In this document: piece by piece, positions 43,050-54,367 of the stretch
How the letters are laid out: every line of letters begins with the position of its first letter
Numbering within the stretch: position 1 is the first letter of the stretch
Origin: a virus
Lineage: Duplodnaviria > Caudoviricetes
DNA: 64,000 nucleotides
Strand: one strand, 5' to 3'
IMG/VR virus record: IMGVR_UViG_3300033067_002132
Location: 32,001-96,000 of that record
Program-made: the position numbers and the translations under genes
Notes under the pieces: generated by a model
What the model was told of the DNA's origin: nothing
The model's input: the letters and a program-made list of their open reading frames with translations, nothing else
Databases searched by the model: none

Positions 43050-45122
43050 AATAAAGAAACTAATATCTATTTTAGATAATTTATACTTCGGGCGCAATTC
43101 TAATAAGGAATTATTAGTTAATTCTATAGTAACACCCATTTCTGAAAACTATATTTAATCTTTTTCACACTCTTCTAGTGTGGCAAAAAGAAAAAATAAA
43201 ATAGACATAAAACAAAACAAAGAATTCTTTGTAACCTCTTGTTACTTAAGAATATATAAAAAGATAAAGAAGATAATAGAAGAGAAGAATGACTCTAGGT
43301 ATATAGAGAGAGAAAGAAAAGAATAGATAAAAGGTGATAATAAGCGGGTTTCTAGCACTTATTTAACTAAATAGCTAAAAATCGTCCCATTATTGGGAAA
43401 ATTAACAAAAAAATTGACAAAACCCCAATAAAAGCTATACTTTCACTATATGAATCGAGATTCTACTCCTACAGAGAGTGATTTGGCTGATATAGAAAAC
43501 AAAGAAGTTATTTCTAATGATTTTATTAAACTTACGCCCGAAGCTCTTAAACTTTTGAAAGAAATTTGCCGCGAAGCTAAACAAGATTTTCGCCAAACTA
43601 AAGAATCGCAACTTCCTAATAATCAATAAGTTATGCACCAATTTTTCGGCGGACTATTTATAGGTTTAGTTATAGGAATTAATCTTATTTTTTGTATAAA
43701 TAATACCAACACAAAATTTCAATACAAAGAAGATTACAAGAAAGGTATCGGTCATTACGTTGTCGATCAGGCAACGGGGAAAAGTGAATTTAAATACTTT
43801 TATCAAACGAATTTTTCCGCCGCGAATAAAGAATAATAAACAATAATAAAGAATTATGAAAGATTTAACGGCTTTAGCGTTTTTTATAGGTTTTCTTTTA
43901 GGTCTAGCTTTGATGGGCGGGTTAGCACTTTCGTTCAATTATTCTTATAATAAGAAAGCTCTTGAAGTAGGAGCAGCAGAATACTATCATGCTTCGCCGA
44001 GTTCATCATCTGTAGAATTTCGGTATATCACTAACTATCAGGTACTTAGCGCCCGAACTAATAAGTAAAAAATGAAAACTTACCGCGCCGCAAATGGGGG
44101 AATTAACGAGTATAAACAAGGAGAAAAGGATGTTACTCTGTGTGGTCTTTTTGACGTTGCTGATCTTCGTTATATTGTGGAAAAACTAGAAAAGAAAGAA
44201 GAAATTGAATTGCCGCGCCCAATTAATCGAGTAGAATTGGCCGAAAAAGGAATTAAAGATGAGTTTATGATGGGCCTATAAACAAAAAAAAATATATAGA
44301 GTACGTAACGATACCCTAAAAATCTTTTTTAAAATGTGTATCAGTAACTTTTCTTTCTTTGTTATTTCTTTGGGACTCAAGATCATTGGATTCACGCTTG
44401 GGGCCGTTTAACACGTAGCTTCGTACCCGGAATCATAATCTGCCGCTGTCAAAACTTCAAATAAATAAAAATAACCGCTGTTAGAAACTATTACAGTTAG
44501 TATAGAAATAAGAGAATAATTATATGAAAATTATCAATAAGATTAATAATACTCCGAGCTAAATTAAATCGGGAGATATCGTTTCTTGTTCTGGAACTTT
44601 ATATCTTATTTTAAAAATTACAGAGAATAATTATATTTTATATTTTCTTGATCTTAGTAAGAATTTAACGTATGCCGCGTCTGGAACTTTAGAAACATTA
44701 GTTAATCGTAATAATCTTGTTTTTGTTACCGACAATTACGATATTATTCTAAACAATCCGGCGGATTAATAAAATATTGACTTTGTTTGAATTTGTGATA
44801 ATCTCATTGGTGAAGAAGACCCAATGACAGTCTTTTATTGCTGTAACCCTAATGTCTCGATTGAGAATGCGCCGAATAGATTAGGGCTAGAAAGAAAGTG
44901 GCGAGAACAGCAAATTAATTTTATGGAAACACTACTACTGTTTATCACAATCATTTCTTGCATTTGGATCGCGCTAATGTTTTGTAGTTATATGTTATGG
45001 TTAACTACATACGGATTATCAGAAACTATTGAGAAATGTAGTGGAAATAGGTTTCTGTTATTTCTTGCCGCGATTGTTTGGGTTGCGGTTTACTATTTGA
45101 AGAATTAATTTTAAATAATTTC

Positions 45123-45216
45123 GGTCCCATAGTTTAATGGTAAAACGCACGGCTTATACCCGTGATAAGCTCTAGATTTGGGCACGTTCTAGGTTCGAAT
45201 CCTAGTGGGACTACCA
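45123..45216 (+). tRNA. tRNA-Ile(TAT) with long variable arm
   Basis: GGTCCCA/TGGGACT acceptor, CACGG-CTTATAC-CCGTG, ~24-nt variable region, CTAGG-TTCGAAT-CCTAG, CCA. Confidence 0.85.
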
Positions 45217-46397
45217 ATTTTCTAAATAATATGAATACCATTACCACAAAGGCCAATCCTGTTATTAAAACCCCTAGAATTGGAGATCTTTATTTAGATA
45301 GTAATGAAGAATTATATATTTTAGCTAGAGTAGATCTAAACGTTTATTCCGCGATTTCTTTGAAGGATGGGGAACCTTGGACTTCGGACCCAAGACCAAC
45401 AGTTCAAGAAGCAATTTATGGCTTGATTTTTTGTAAAAGGAACGCTAAGATCACTATTGAATGAACGCCACCGAAGCAAATAAGAATAGAAAGATCGGCG
45501 ATAAAATTACCTTTAATTTGGATCATAGCCCGCATGCAATGGGCGAGGGAATTATCGTAAGATTCGACGATGATTACTGTATCGTAAAAATTACTAAAGA
45601 TTGTCAAGAATATGGTCTAAAATTTGAATGCGGGCGCGATATCGTTGTCTTTTTCGACGAAATAACGAGTAAATAATTATGAAATACATTCTCACCCAAT
45701 TTTTTCCTGAATTATCTTTTATTGGTAATGCGAGGGACGCACAATTAATTTTGAATTCTGAAATTCTTAAATAATGAATAATTTCGACCAACTATTTTTA
45801 TTGTTTTTCATCGTAATGTTTGTCTTGATTATTCTAAAAGTTACTCAGAATTAAATTATGCACGCGCACGATCTAAATAAGCTAATAAATAAGGTAATTG
45901 CCGCGAAAAGTGGGGATTCTATTTATATCGGCGAGTGTATGTCAAGTGAAGAATTGGTGGATTTTTATCTTTATCTTTTGCGGCGCCTAATTTTTCCTGT
46001 TGTTAATTCATATAAAGAGGGCGAAAATCTTTATTATATTTTAACAGTGAAGAAAAAGTAGTGGACTATTGACAAACAGAAAAAGAGATTTAGACTGGAA
46101 AAACATGAAACGCGCATTTATCCATCTACCTAACGGTCAAACGTTTGAACTAAACAGAACGAGTAATGAAGAAATAACAGGCGTTGAAGTTGTCCAATTA
46201 CGAAGCTCTATGAAGGAAGCAGTTTCGTTTAGTTCCGAAGCTTTTACTGGGCCTAATTTCGATAAGAAAGTTATTTTGGTTCTGTGGGGCGAGGTACTCA
46301 AAAATTCTTTTATCACGATCGAGTAGAAACCTATTGACGAAAAGTAAAAAAGGATTTAGCCTTTTCAAGTCGAACGAAACATTAACTGAAAAATTCA

Positions 46398-46943
46398 ATG
46401 AATACCGATACCATTGCCCCTACGCCGACCGCCGAAATCGTCTCGCCCGAGACTCAGGAAGCCGTTAACGCTCTGCTTGCCAAGGTTGACGCTCCTCCCG
46501 TGCAAGACGCGGTTGAAGTCGCGCCGCCTGTTTCTGAAACGGTTTCCGCGCCCATTGCGGAAATCATCTCTGCCCCCGCCGAATCGGTTTCAGCGGAAGT
46601 TCCCGCTCCCGCGCCGATTGCTGAAACTACCCCCACCCCCGCTCAGGTTGCGGCGACCCCTCCCGCCGCAACCCCTGCCCCTGCCGCCCCTGTGATTGAG
46701 GCACGCAAGGTTTCCGTCGAAATTCTTTTCCCTAACAAGGAAGAGTTTACCAAGCGGGATATTGAAGTAATTAACGAGACGAATTACGTCGGCGCAAGTG
46801 AGCTGATTAATATGCTCGTTAGTACGGGTCAGGTTGAAAAGGTCCGCAAGCAGCCTCAGGCTGGACGTGGCAAGCCCACCGATATTTTCCGGTTGACGCC
46901 CAAGGCGCCGATTGCGAAAAACAAGAAGAATAACAAGAAGTAA
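46398..46943 (+). CDS. Pro/Ala/Thr-rich N-terminal region plus winged-helix-like C-terminal domain
   Basis: GRGKPTDIFR wing motif like 31501; own promoter and terminator. Confidence 0.55.
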   Translation: MNTDTIAPTPTAEIVSPETQEAVNALLAKVDAPPVQDAVEVAPPVSETVSAPIAEIISAPAESVSAEVPAPAPIAETTPTPAQVAATPPAATPAPAAPVIEARKVSVEILFPNKEEFTKRDIEVINETNYVGASELINMLVSTGQVEKVRKQPQAGRGKPTDIFRLTPKAPIAKNKKNNKK

Positions 46944-46960
46944 CTTCGTCGGTCCTTCAC

Positions 46961-46992
46961 AGGGGGAGGGGGTTTTACCCCCTCCCTTTTCT
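46961..46992 (+). terminator. Intrinsic terminator
   Basis: G-rich/C-rich hairpin followed by a T run. Confidence 0.7.
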
Positions 46993-47230
46993 TCTCTCTC
47001 TATGAATATAAATAGGGAAATCATACTAGCTTCGCCCATACTCAAAAAGCAATGGGAACAATCGATGCTATCTATGGAAGAATTTATTCTAAGAGCGGTG
47101 GATAATTTTGTGGTAAATTCGAAAGGGGGATCGAATGGTATTTCTTCTAATTTTGGCTCTAACGGTAGTGCTGGGTGTTCGTCTCTAAACTCTTGACATC
47201 GAATTCGGTTTTGAATAATCTATTGCCCGC

Positions 47231-47893
47231 ATGAGAGTTCTATTCACCCGCATTTCATCTAACAAAAAAACGGGTCCTATTCCCGTCTCTCTTACAACCG
47301 CAGACTCATGCCCCGACGTTTGTCCTTTGAAGAAAAAAGGTTGCTATGCATTTTTAGGGTATATAAGAATTCATTGGGATCGTGCCAATAAAACAGGTAT
47401 GAAATGGGGCGAATTTTGCGTAGAAATAGCTTTATTGCCTTCGGGACAATTGTGGCGCCACGATCAGGCGGGAGACCTGCCAGGAAAGAATAACAAAATT
47501 GACGCGCCCAAACTCGCTTTATTGGTTGAGGCTAATCTTGGCAAAAAAGGATTTACTTATACGCATAAGCCTTTAACAAAAGAAAATAGCGCCGCGATTA
47601 AGTATGCGAATTCTAATGGTTTCACGATCAATCTATCGGCCAATAATCTAAGGCACGCAGATGAATTAGCTAAAAAGAACGTTGGACCGGTTGTGACGTT
47701 GCTACCAAAGGATCAAATGAATAATTGCTTGACCCCCGAGGGGCGCAAAGTTATTGTCTGTCCCGCAGTCACGCGAGTAAATACAAATTGCATGACTTGC
47801 AAGCTGTGCGCAAATGCGAAAAGGTCAGTTATCATAGGTTTTCCTGCGCATGGCGTGGCCAAAAACATTGTGGACAAGATCGCGAAAGAATAA
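47231..47893 (+). CDS. Cys-rich Gp88/DUF7227-like phage protein
   Basis: S.NKKTG.IPV, SCP..CP....CYA, RH..AGD, CPA......C..CKLC, IGF.AHG. Confidence 0.65.
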   Translation: MRVLFTRISSNKKTGPIPVSLTTADSCPDVCPLKKKGCYAFLGYIRIHWDRANKTGMKWGEFCVEIALLPSGQLWRHDQAGDLPGKNNKIDAPKLALLVEANLGKKGFTYTHKPLTKENSAAIKYANSNGFTINLSANNLRHADELAKKNVGPVVTLLPKDQMNNCLTPEGRKVIVCPAVTRVNTNCMTCKLCANAKRSVIIGFPAHGVAKNIVDKIAKE

Positions 47894-48171
47894 GTATATG
47901 GAAAAGAAATCGACATCCCTAATTTCGCTTCGTTATCGTGGTTTTAAGGTTAAGTATCTATGTCCCGGAAACGTGCGGGGATCGCGAGTTAAGATTATCG
48001 ATTTGCGACATGACGAATCGGTTACGCTTTGTTTAGAGGATGAATATCGGGATTCTAGCGAGCAAGCTTACAACTGGTTAGAAGAACACGGCATTAAGAT
48101 TGTCGCTACTATGCTGGAACGAAATGAGGAAGTTTTCTTGACTGAGGATTTCAAAACCCATATTGTCTAGG

Positions 48172-48894
48172 TTAAAGGATTTTTGATCCTTTTTTCATGT
48201 TTTCTTCTTTCCATAAAGGTTGCAAGTTAGTATAATGAAAACATTTATGTAAATTTTCCTCTTTTGTAAGATCAAAAGAAACACAAGGAAGAATATGATC
48301 TATTTCCCATTTTCCATAATTATCCCAAGACATATTTTCTTTAAATTTCATTTCTAGATAAGACTTAAGATAATCAATAGAACAACCAAGATAAGCAATA
48401 GTTCTCTCTCTGTTGCAATTAAAGATATTTCTAATATATTTATTTAATCTGCGGCGTAAATTAGATTTAATTCTATATTGAATATTATTCTTTCTTCTGT
48501 TTCTATACATTTCTCTCACTTTTTCTTTATTTAATAATTTCCATCGTCTTGAAGCTTCCCTTTTTATCTTCATTTTTTCTGGATTAGCATGTCTAATTAT
48601 TTTATTTTTTAGAACTTCGCATTTCTTACAATAAGGACTAAAAATTCCCTTTTTCGATTTATTAAAAAAAGATAAATCAAATAAAGTCCCACAAAATTTA
48701 CAAATTTTTTCTGTTCGTTCTTTTTTCTTTTTAAATCTTTCTCTTTCTATATTATTCCTTCTTAAAATAGAATAAATAGTAGTTTTATTTACATTAAATA
48801 GTTTTTCTAATTCTTTTCCTTTTATATTGCTTATATAAGCTTCTATTATTTGTTTTTCTTTTTCTTCAGAAGTTTTATTATGCGTTTTTCTCAT
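48172..48894 (-). mobile_element. HNH/endoVII-like homing endonuclease with N-terminal HTH
   Basis: WEIDHILPC.SFDL.KEEN..KCFHYTNLQPLW..EN..KG; likely start 48894. Confidence 0.8.
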
Positions 48895-48970
48895 ATAAGA
48901 AATTACACAGAAAATTAGGGTTTCCATAATAATAGTTGACACAAATGGTTTTTTGTGAGAAACTCAAAGT

Positions 48971-49390
48971 GTGATTAAACATTTACTTTCTTTTTTATTG
49001 TGTTGTAATGTTTTTGCAGGTCAATATAATGAAAATGAAATAGTAGCAACCGTTTTAATTTTAGAAGCAGGCGGTGAAAAAGACGATAGATGTATGTCCG
49101 CCATTTACGAAGTAATTTGTAATAGGCAAATAAAAAGACATTTATCAAAAATAGAGGTTTGTTTACAAAAATATCAATTTTCTGAATTTAATGATGGAAA
49201 AATCAAAGAAAAAATAGCGAAAGCAAAAAAGCACCCAAAGTACAAGAAAGCCCTAAGTTTAATTAGTATGAAAACTGATTATACTCAGGGCGCGACGCAT
49301 TTCTACTCTACTAATATTGCCAAACCATACTGGGCAAAAAAGATGAAAGAAACGCTTGCTTTAGGAGCGTTTAAGTTCTATAAGGAATAA
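48971..49390 (+). CDS. Cell wall hydrolase (SleB/Hydrolase_2)
   Basis: EAGGE, VI.NR, QFS, GATHFY....PYW, FY. Confidence 0.85.
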   Translation: MIKHLLSFLLCCNVFAGQYNENEIVATVLILEAGGEKDDRCMSAIYEVICNRQIKRHLSKIEVCLQKYQFSEFNDGKIKEKIAKAKKHPKYKKALSLISMKTDYTQGATHFYSTNIAKPYWAKKMKETLALGAFKFYKE

Positions 49391-51140
49391 AATTTTATGC
49401 AAAACTTTCTAAATATCGCGAAAATAAATCGTAATAATTTTATTAAACGTTGCAGTAAATGCGACGAGGCAAAACTTGATTTATTCGAATATAAAGATAG
49501 TGTATTCGATGAAAAATTCACGCTAATTTGCTCGTGCTGTCATTACGTAATATTTAATCTCTCTGTTTTGGACTAAGAAAAACAGTTATTGACTTTCAAT
49601 CGGCGATTTAGTATTTTCTAACCATGAAACTTGACCAAGCTCTCGCCTATCTCAAAAGTTCCGGTTTCAAAATCACTCAGAAAGGCACAAAAACTTTTTT
49701 GGTTCAAAAGGGGAATGATCACCCTTGGCAAGCGGGAGAAGAGAAATTAATTAGAGTCGCGGAAAAGTACAAAAACATTCAAGAATAATTGACGCAAAAC
49801 GTTCACGTTTAAGTCTATGCAAATCACCCGCAGATCCCCCCTTACTGGCGAGAAGAATACTCGCGAAATTCCCGTGACTTTTCAAAACATAAAAGAATGG
49901 CAAAATGGTAAGTCAATTCAAGACGCTATGCCAAATCTTTCGGCGGAAGATCGAGAGTTTATTATGACTGGTTATACTCCCGAAGATTGGGCGAAAATGT
50001 TTCCGTCCGAACCTGAGAACTAAGTAAAAATTCTTATTGACGTTTAGCGCGGAATCGTTAGATTCAAGCCTATGAAATTAACTAAGTACCCTTTCAACGG
50101 AAGATGGCGCGTGGAAATGGTAGGAACGATTGACGAAATCGATTCTTATCTAATTCGCTTATACAATATTGGTGCGACAAATGCGACTTTTGAGCGCGAT
50201 CAATTGGAGACGTTTTTTCATATTGACTTGGAAAAGAAACGGTGGGAAAAGGCTTTGTCCGGCTGGTTGCAAATCCAAAATGCCGAAAACGAAACGCGCA
50301 AATTGTGCCGAATTGCACAGAAACAGCGCCGGGATAAAATTCCCATTTATTCGCAAGTAATGCAACGTTTGGCGCAAGAAGAAATCGCGGCAATTCCTAT
50401 TCCTGAAATCAAATCTGCTGTCCTGTCGCTTAAGAATCACGACTATAAGGGAATCTCTTATATCGTGGGGACCGATCATGAGGCGGAAATGATGAGTAAG
50501 GAAACGGAAATCCCTGCCAAAATTAACGTAAAGAAAATGACGGCGCGAAATTTTTCTTGCAACGCAACGGCAAGCGAGTAAGGATGAAGCCATGAACGGA
50601 CAAGAATTTTCCCAAAAGCAAACGGCAATCTTTAATAAGTATGAAATCACAGATCCGAGAATGGTCTCGATTATTTCATGCCAAGCTTGGGAGGATAATC
50701 ATTCGGACGGTTATGAAGCCGTCCTAGTAAAAACTGAAAAATATTGTCAGTTTACTGAAACGATCTTGAGTGCGTTTTTCGCTAGTATTAAATTGCGCTA
50801 AACAAGAATATAAGCCATGCCTCATTTGCCCATTTCTTTAGCTCTTTTGACAGATTTAGAAAGAGAAGAAAGCATAAGACGGGAAAGAACGGAAAAATAT
50901 ATCTTTGAAATAAAAGAAGCAAAGAAAGAATTCGAAAAAATGAATGAAATACATCACGGTTTTATTGGTTATTGGCCCGAAATGAACGAGCAAAAAAAGG
51001 CCAAACTATCCAGCCCTAAATGGGCCGATTTTCGGAAAAAGGGAAAAATCAAAGGGTGGCAGCGGAATAAACGTTGACGCGGAAATTAATTTAGGATAGG
51101 CTTTCGGTGTTGTGAGATTGGAGAGAGTTGAAACAACAAC

Positions 51141-51284
51141 GGCGGGGTAGTTTAATTGGTAAAATATTTTCCTTTTTTTGGTAGGCAATAGGGATCAATA
51201 TTGCCAATATCCGAAACGAAATCAAGACTGATCCTCTTGAATAAAATAAGGAAAAAGTTGCGGGTTCAAATCCCGCTCTCGTCT
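51141..51284 (+). ncRNA. tRNA scaffold whose anticodon loop is replaced by a two-hairpin kissing-loop insert
   Basis: Acceptor, D and T arms intact; TTTTCCTT/AAGGAAAA stem encloses ~75 nt. Confidence 0.7.
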
Positions 51285-52458
51285 GCTCCAATAATTAGCT
51301 AAAGTTAAATAAAGCTAAAAAAACAGAAAAACGAGGCGTCAAATTATACGCCTACACAACACAAAATGGAATATAAATATCTTCCCCATTACGACGATAA
51401 AACGTCAATAAGATTCGGCGAACTACCTTTGCCAAAGGAGATTTTTGCGCGGCAGGAATTAATGCGCGAAATTGGATTTACTGCGGGCGAGGAAGTTTGG
51501 AAGAAAGGGTATGGATACGTACCCATTTATTATTTCGTTCGCGAATTAACGAAAGACGAGCAAAATCTTTTGTGCCTTTGCCCCTTGACGGATGAGACGG
51601 CCGATGGTAAATTTCGTTCATGACGCCAATTACGCTGACCCCCGAGCAATTGCTTAACCTGCTTAAAGATTGCAAACGCGAAAGCGTTTTGTGCTGTAAT
51701 AGTTCGCTGCCAATTAAGCTTGTTTTGATCACTGAAATGCGTGAGGGACCGACAGGCTATTTGCCGCGCAGTATTTTCGGTGTTTATTACAAAAATCAAG
51801 TCGGGCGATTTTTTAATTCTTTGGAGGAAGCAATTGAATGCTATTGCCGAATTGAGAAAGCGAACGAAAGATTTCCTTGACGCTCAAAGACATTAGTTAA
51901 TACTCTCTCGCATGAACTCCACGATACTCAAAGTCTCTTATACTGGAACGCAGATTATCATCGCGAAAACGCTGGCCGCGATGCGAATTAAGAATCCCGC
52001 GCCGATTAAGTTCTATCCTACCAGAGCGGCGAGAGGAACTCATAACGTTGAGCGTATGTTCACGGTTTACCTTGAAGTTGAGACCACCACGGGGCGAATT
52101 CTGAGCGGCGGCGTGCAAGTTAACTAAATCTTTTATGGTAACAAAAACCTTTGCTTTCCTTCCTCTTAATAACAAGCAAGCAACGCCCGAATTTCGCTCT
52201 TTTATTTTGTCATTTATTGAAGGAATTAGAGTAGCGGAATCGGCACGCGGGCACGTTGTGCGAATTGAACCTACACTAAGCGGGGATTGTTCCGGTTGGT
52301 TGCTTGTATGCGAAGCGGAAATGGGAAAAGTTATTGGACAGTATTTGTCAAATCTCAATATTGAGCTTCGCGAGATTTGAAAACGCCCACTTGACAAAAA
52401 GCAAAGTCTCAGCTAACCTTTAGAAGTCGGTAGGAAAACAACGAAACGAAACAACACT

Positions 52459-52806
52459 ATGAAGAACGAAACCTTTGTGAACAGTCTCTTGAATGCGTCG
52501 GTCCCTACGGGCAAGATCGATTTGGCCGCGGTCCAGGCGGCGATTCAGGAAAAGAACGATGAGAACAACCGCGCCAAGATCGAACGCGCCCGCAATCTTT
52601 TCGAACGGTTGAATGGGGAAGTCACGTCCGCCGTGGAAAGCCTGCGAATCATTCGTCAGCAGGAAAAGGAAGCGAAGCAAACCGTGATTCGGCATGCTGC
52701 CGCTTTCGCCACGTTCAAGGAAACGGGCGATCTCAATAAGGTCGCGGCGATCCTGTACCCCGGCGAGAAGATCGCGCAGGAAAATTTCGTCCGCCGATAT
52801 TCCTGA
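52459..52806 (+). CDS. Hypothetical coiled-coil protein upstream of the pistol ribozyme
   Basis: ORF with own promoter TTGACA-N17-TAACCT at 52391. Confidence 0.7.
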   Translation: MKNETFVNSLLNASVPTGKIDLAAVQAAIQEKNDENNRAKIERARNLFERLNGEVTSAVESLRIIRQQEKEAKQTVIRHAAAFATFKETGDLNKVAAILYPGEKIAQENFVRRYS

Positions 52807-52817
52807 TCGCATAACAA

Positions 52818-52887
52818 ACTCGACTAGGCGAGTATAAATAGATAATTAAGCCTAGTGCGTTTGCGGGTAAAACCCCGCAAGGTTTAT
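52818..52887 (+). ncRNA. Pistol self-cleaving ribozyme
   Basis: ACTCG-ACTAGG-CGAGT-ATAAA-TAG-ATAA-TTAA-GCCTAGT-GCG-P3 hairpin-GT-TTAT; matches the pistol layout element by element. Confidence 0.88.
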
Positions 52888-53020
52888 GATATTAATTATA
52901 TATTATCTCCGAATTGCAAGTGCCTTGCGCCGCGCAATTTATCCCTGAAACAACAGGGGTTAAAAGCTTCAAGCTAAAGGAAAAAAAAGCCTTCGTGCTG
53001 TCGGTGTTTGTTTCCTTCGT

Positions 53021-53061
53021 TGAGTGGGGCGGGGAGAGAAATCTTCCCGCCTCATTTGTTT
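53021..53061 (+). terminator. Intrinsic terminator
   Basis: TGGGGCGGGGAGA-GAAA-TCTTCCCGCCTCA hairpin followed by a T-rich tail. Confidence 0.7.
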
Positions 53062-53097
53062 ATTGACATGCGCGGTGCATTTAGCTAATTTGATCGC

Positions 53098-53607
53098 ATG
53101 CAAGACCTGACCGCTTCTCTCGCCGATAGTCTTTCACGCAAACACTATCGCAAGACGCCTGCCATGTTTTCCGTCATGACTCTGCGCGATAAACTTCCTT
53201 TCGATTCTAAGCCTCTCGCCGATGATCCTAATAAAATTGCCGATTATTGTCGCCAAGCAATTATTGGCAAAAAAGGGTACAATCCCGACGTGGAAAGTTG
53301 TTGGGTTATCGTAATGAATACGCGCCGACGAATTGAAGGGCATTTTCTAGTAGCAACAGGAACTCTCGACACTTTGTTAGTTCATGCTCGCGAAGTGTTT
53401 CGCGGCGCTATTCTTGCCAATGCTGCGGCGATTGTTCTTATGCATAATCACCCAAGCGGCGACCCGACTCCGAGCGAAGCTGATATCCGCGTGACCCGAG
53501 AAATGATTAGAGCGGGCCAACTACTAAAAATCGAAGTATTAGATCACGTAATTTTAGGAGAACCTAAGCATTGCTCGCTTAAGGAATTAGGGTATTTTAC
53601 TTATTAG
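53098..53607 (+). CDS. radC: RadC/JAB-domain protein
   Basis: HAREVFR.AI, HNHPSGDPTPS.AD, LDHVI. Confidence 0.92.
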   Translation: MQDLTASLADSLSRKHYRKTPAMFSVMTLRDKLPFDSKPLADDPNKIADYCRQAIIGKKGYNPDVESCWVIVMNTRRRIEGHFLVATGTLDTLLVHAREVFRGAILANAAAIVLMHNHPSGDPTPSEADIRVTREMIRAGQLLKIEVLDHVILGEPKHCSLKELGYFTY

Positions 53608-54078
53608 GCAAAATTTGCCTATTGACTTTTCATTTTCGTTCTGATAGCTTTAAATTATGCAAATCGACAAGCAACTACTCATCGCCCGCAACACGCTTCT
53701 CAACCTGAACGAAGAGTTGGCTGGATATCGCATTTACTTCATGGGTGATAAATTCCGCGAGGATACCACGGTACAAGTTCATGAAATTCTTTCGCGAATT
53801 CTGATCCTTAAAGACCAAGTGGAAACCGCATTGGAAAGTGTCACAATGCCTTTCAAGGTTCAAGTGGCGGCGGGCGAATTGAATCCTGGCGATAAAGCTT
53901 TTTTGATCGAAACGAATCCCGAAATGGGAATGGAAGAAACCCTCGACTGGACCTGTACATATATCGGCCAAGAAAAGGTTCTTTTCGAATACGTAAAACA
54001 AGGAAAACAAACGAGAACCACAATGCGGAATAAAACTGAGATTGTTTGGAAACTGCGCTAAATTAAATTCGATTGAAA

Positions 54079-54294
54079 AATCCCCGATTCTAGAATTTAT
54101 TGCTAAATAAAAAGCCTACTCAAATTCCCTGGTTCTAGAAAGTCGCGCTAAATAAAAGTACGTAGCGCGGACCCTGGCCGATTGGGCGCATAGCGGGCCG
54201 AACTAGCCGGGGCAATTAGAGTAGAAACCCTTAAGAATTAAAACTATGGTAAAAACCCTTAAGAACAGGCGTTATGGTAAAAACAACTAAGATC
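54079..54294. repeat. Two sets of imperfect direct repeats
   Basis: 2x AAAT.CC..TTCTAGAA...GCTAAATAAAA; 3x GTA(A/G)AAAC..TAAGA. Confidence 0.55.
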
Positions 54295-54367
54295 AGCACC
54301 TAGAAGAAAAGAGCTAAGGAAAAGAACTATTGCAACGCCAATGGCTTTCTGCCAAGCTTTCGCTCCT

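Noticed and set aside
43050-43414. Purine-rich, AT-rich intergenic gap as an origin
   Set aside because: No repeats or structure that I can support by eye.
3720-48894. Endonucleases as intron- or intein-encoded
   Set aside because: All are antisense and free-standing; no intron core or intein motifs flank them.
51141-51284. tRNA with a group I intron
   Set aside because: The ~75-nt insert is too short and lacks the P7 core.
54079-54294. CRISPR array
   Set aside because: Repeats are few and degenerate with very short spacers; no cas genes in the window.
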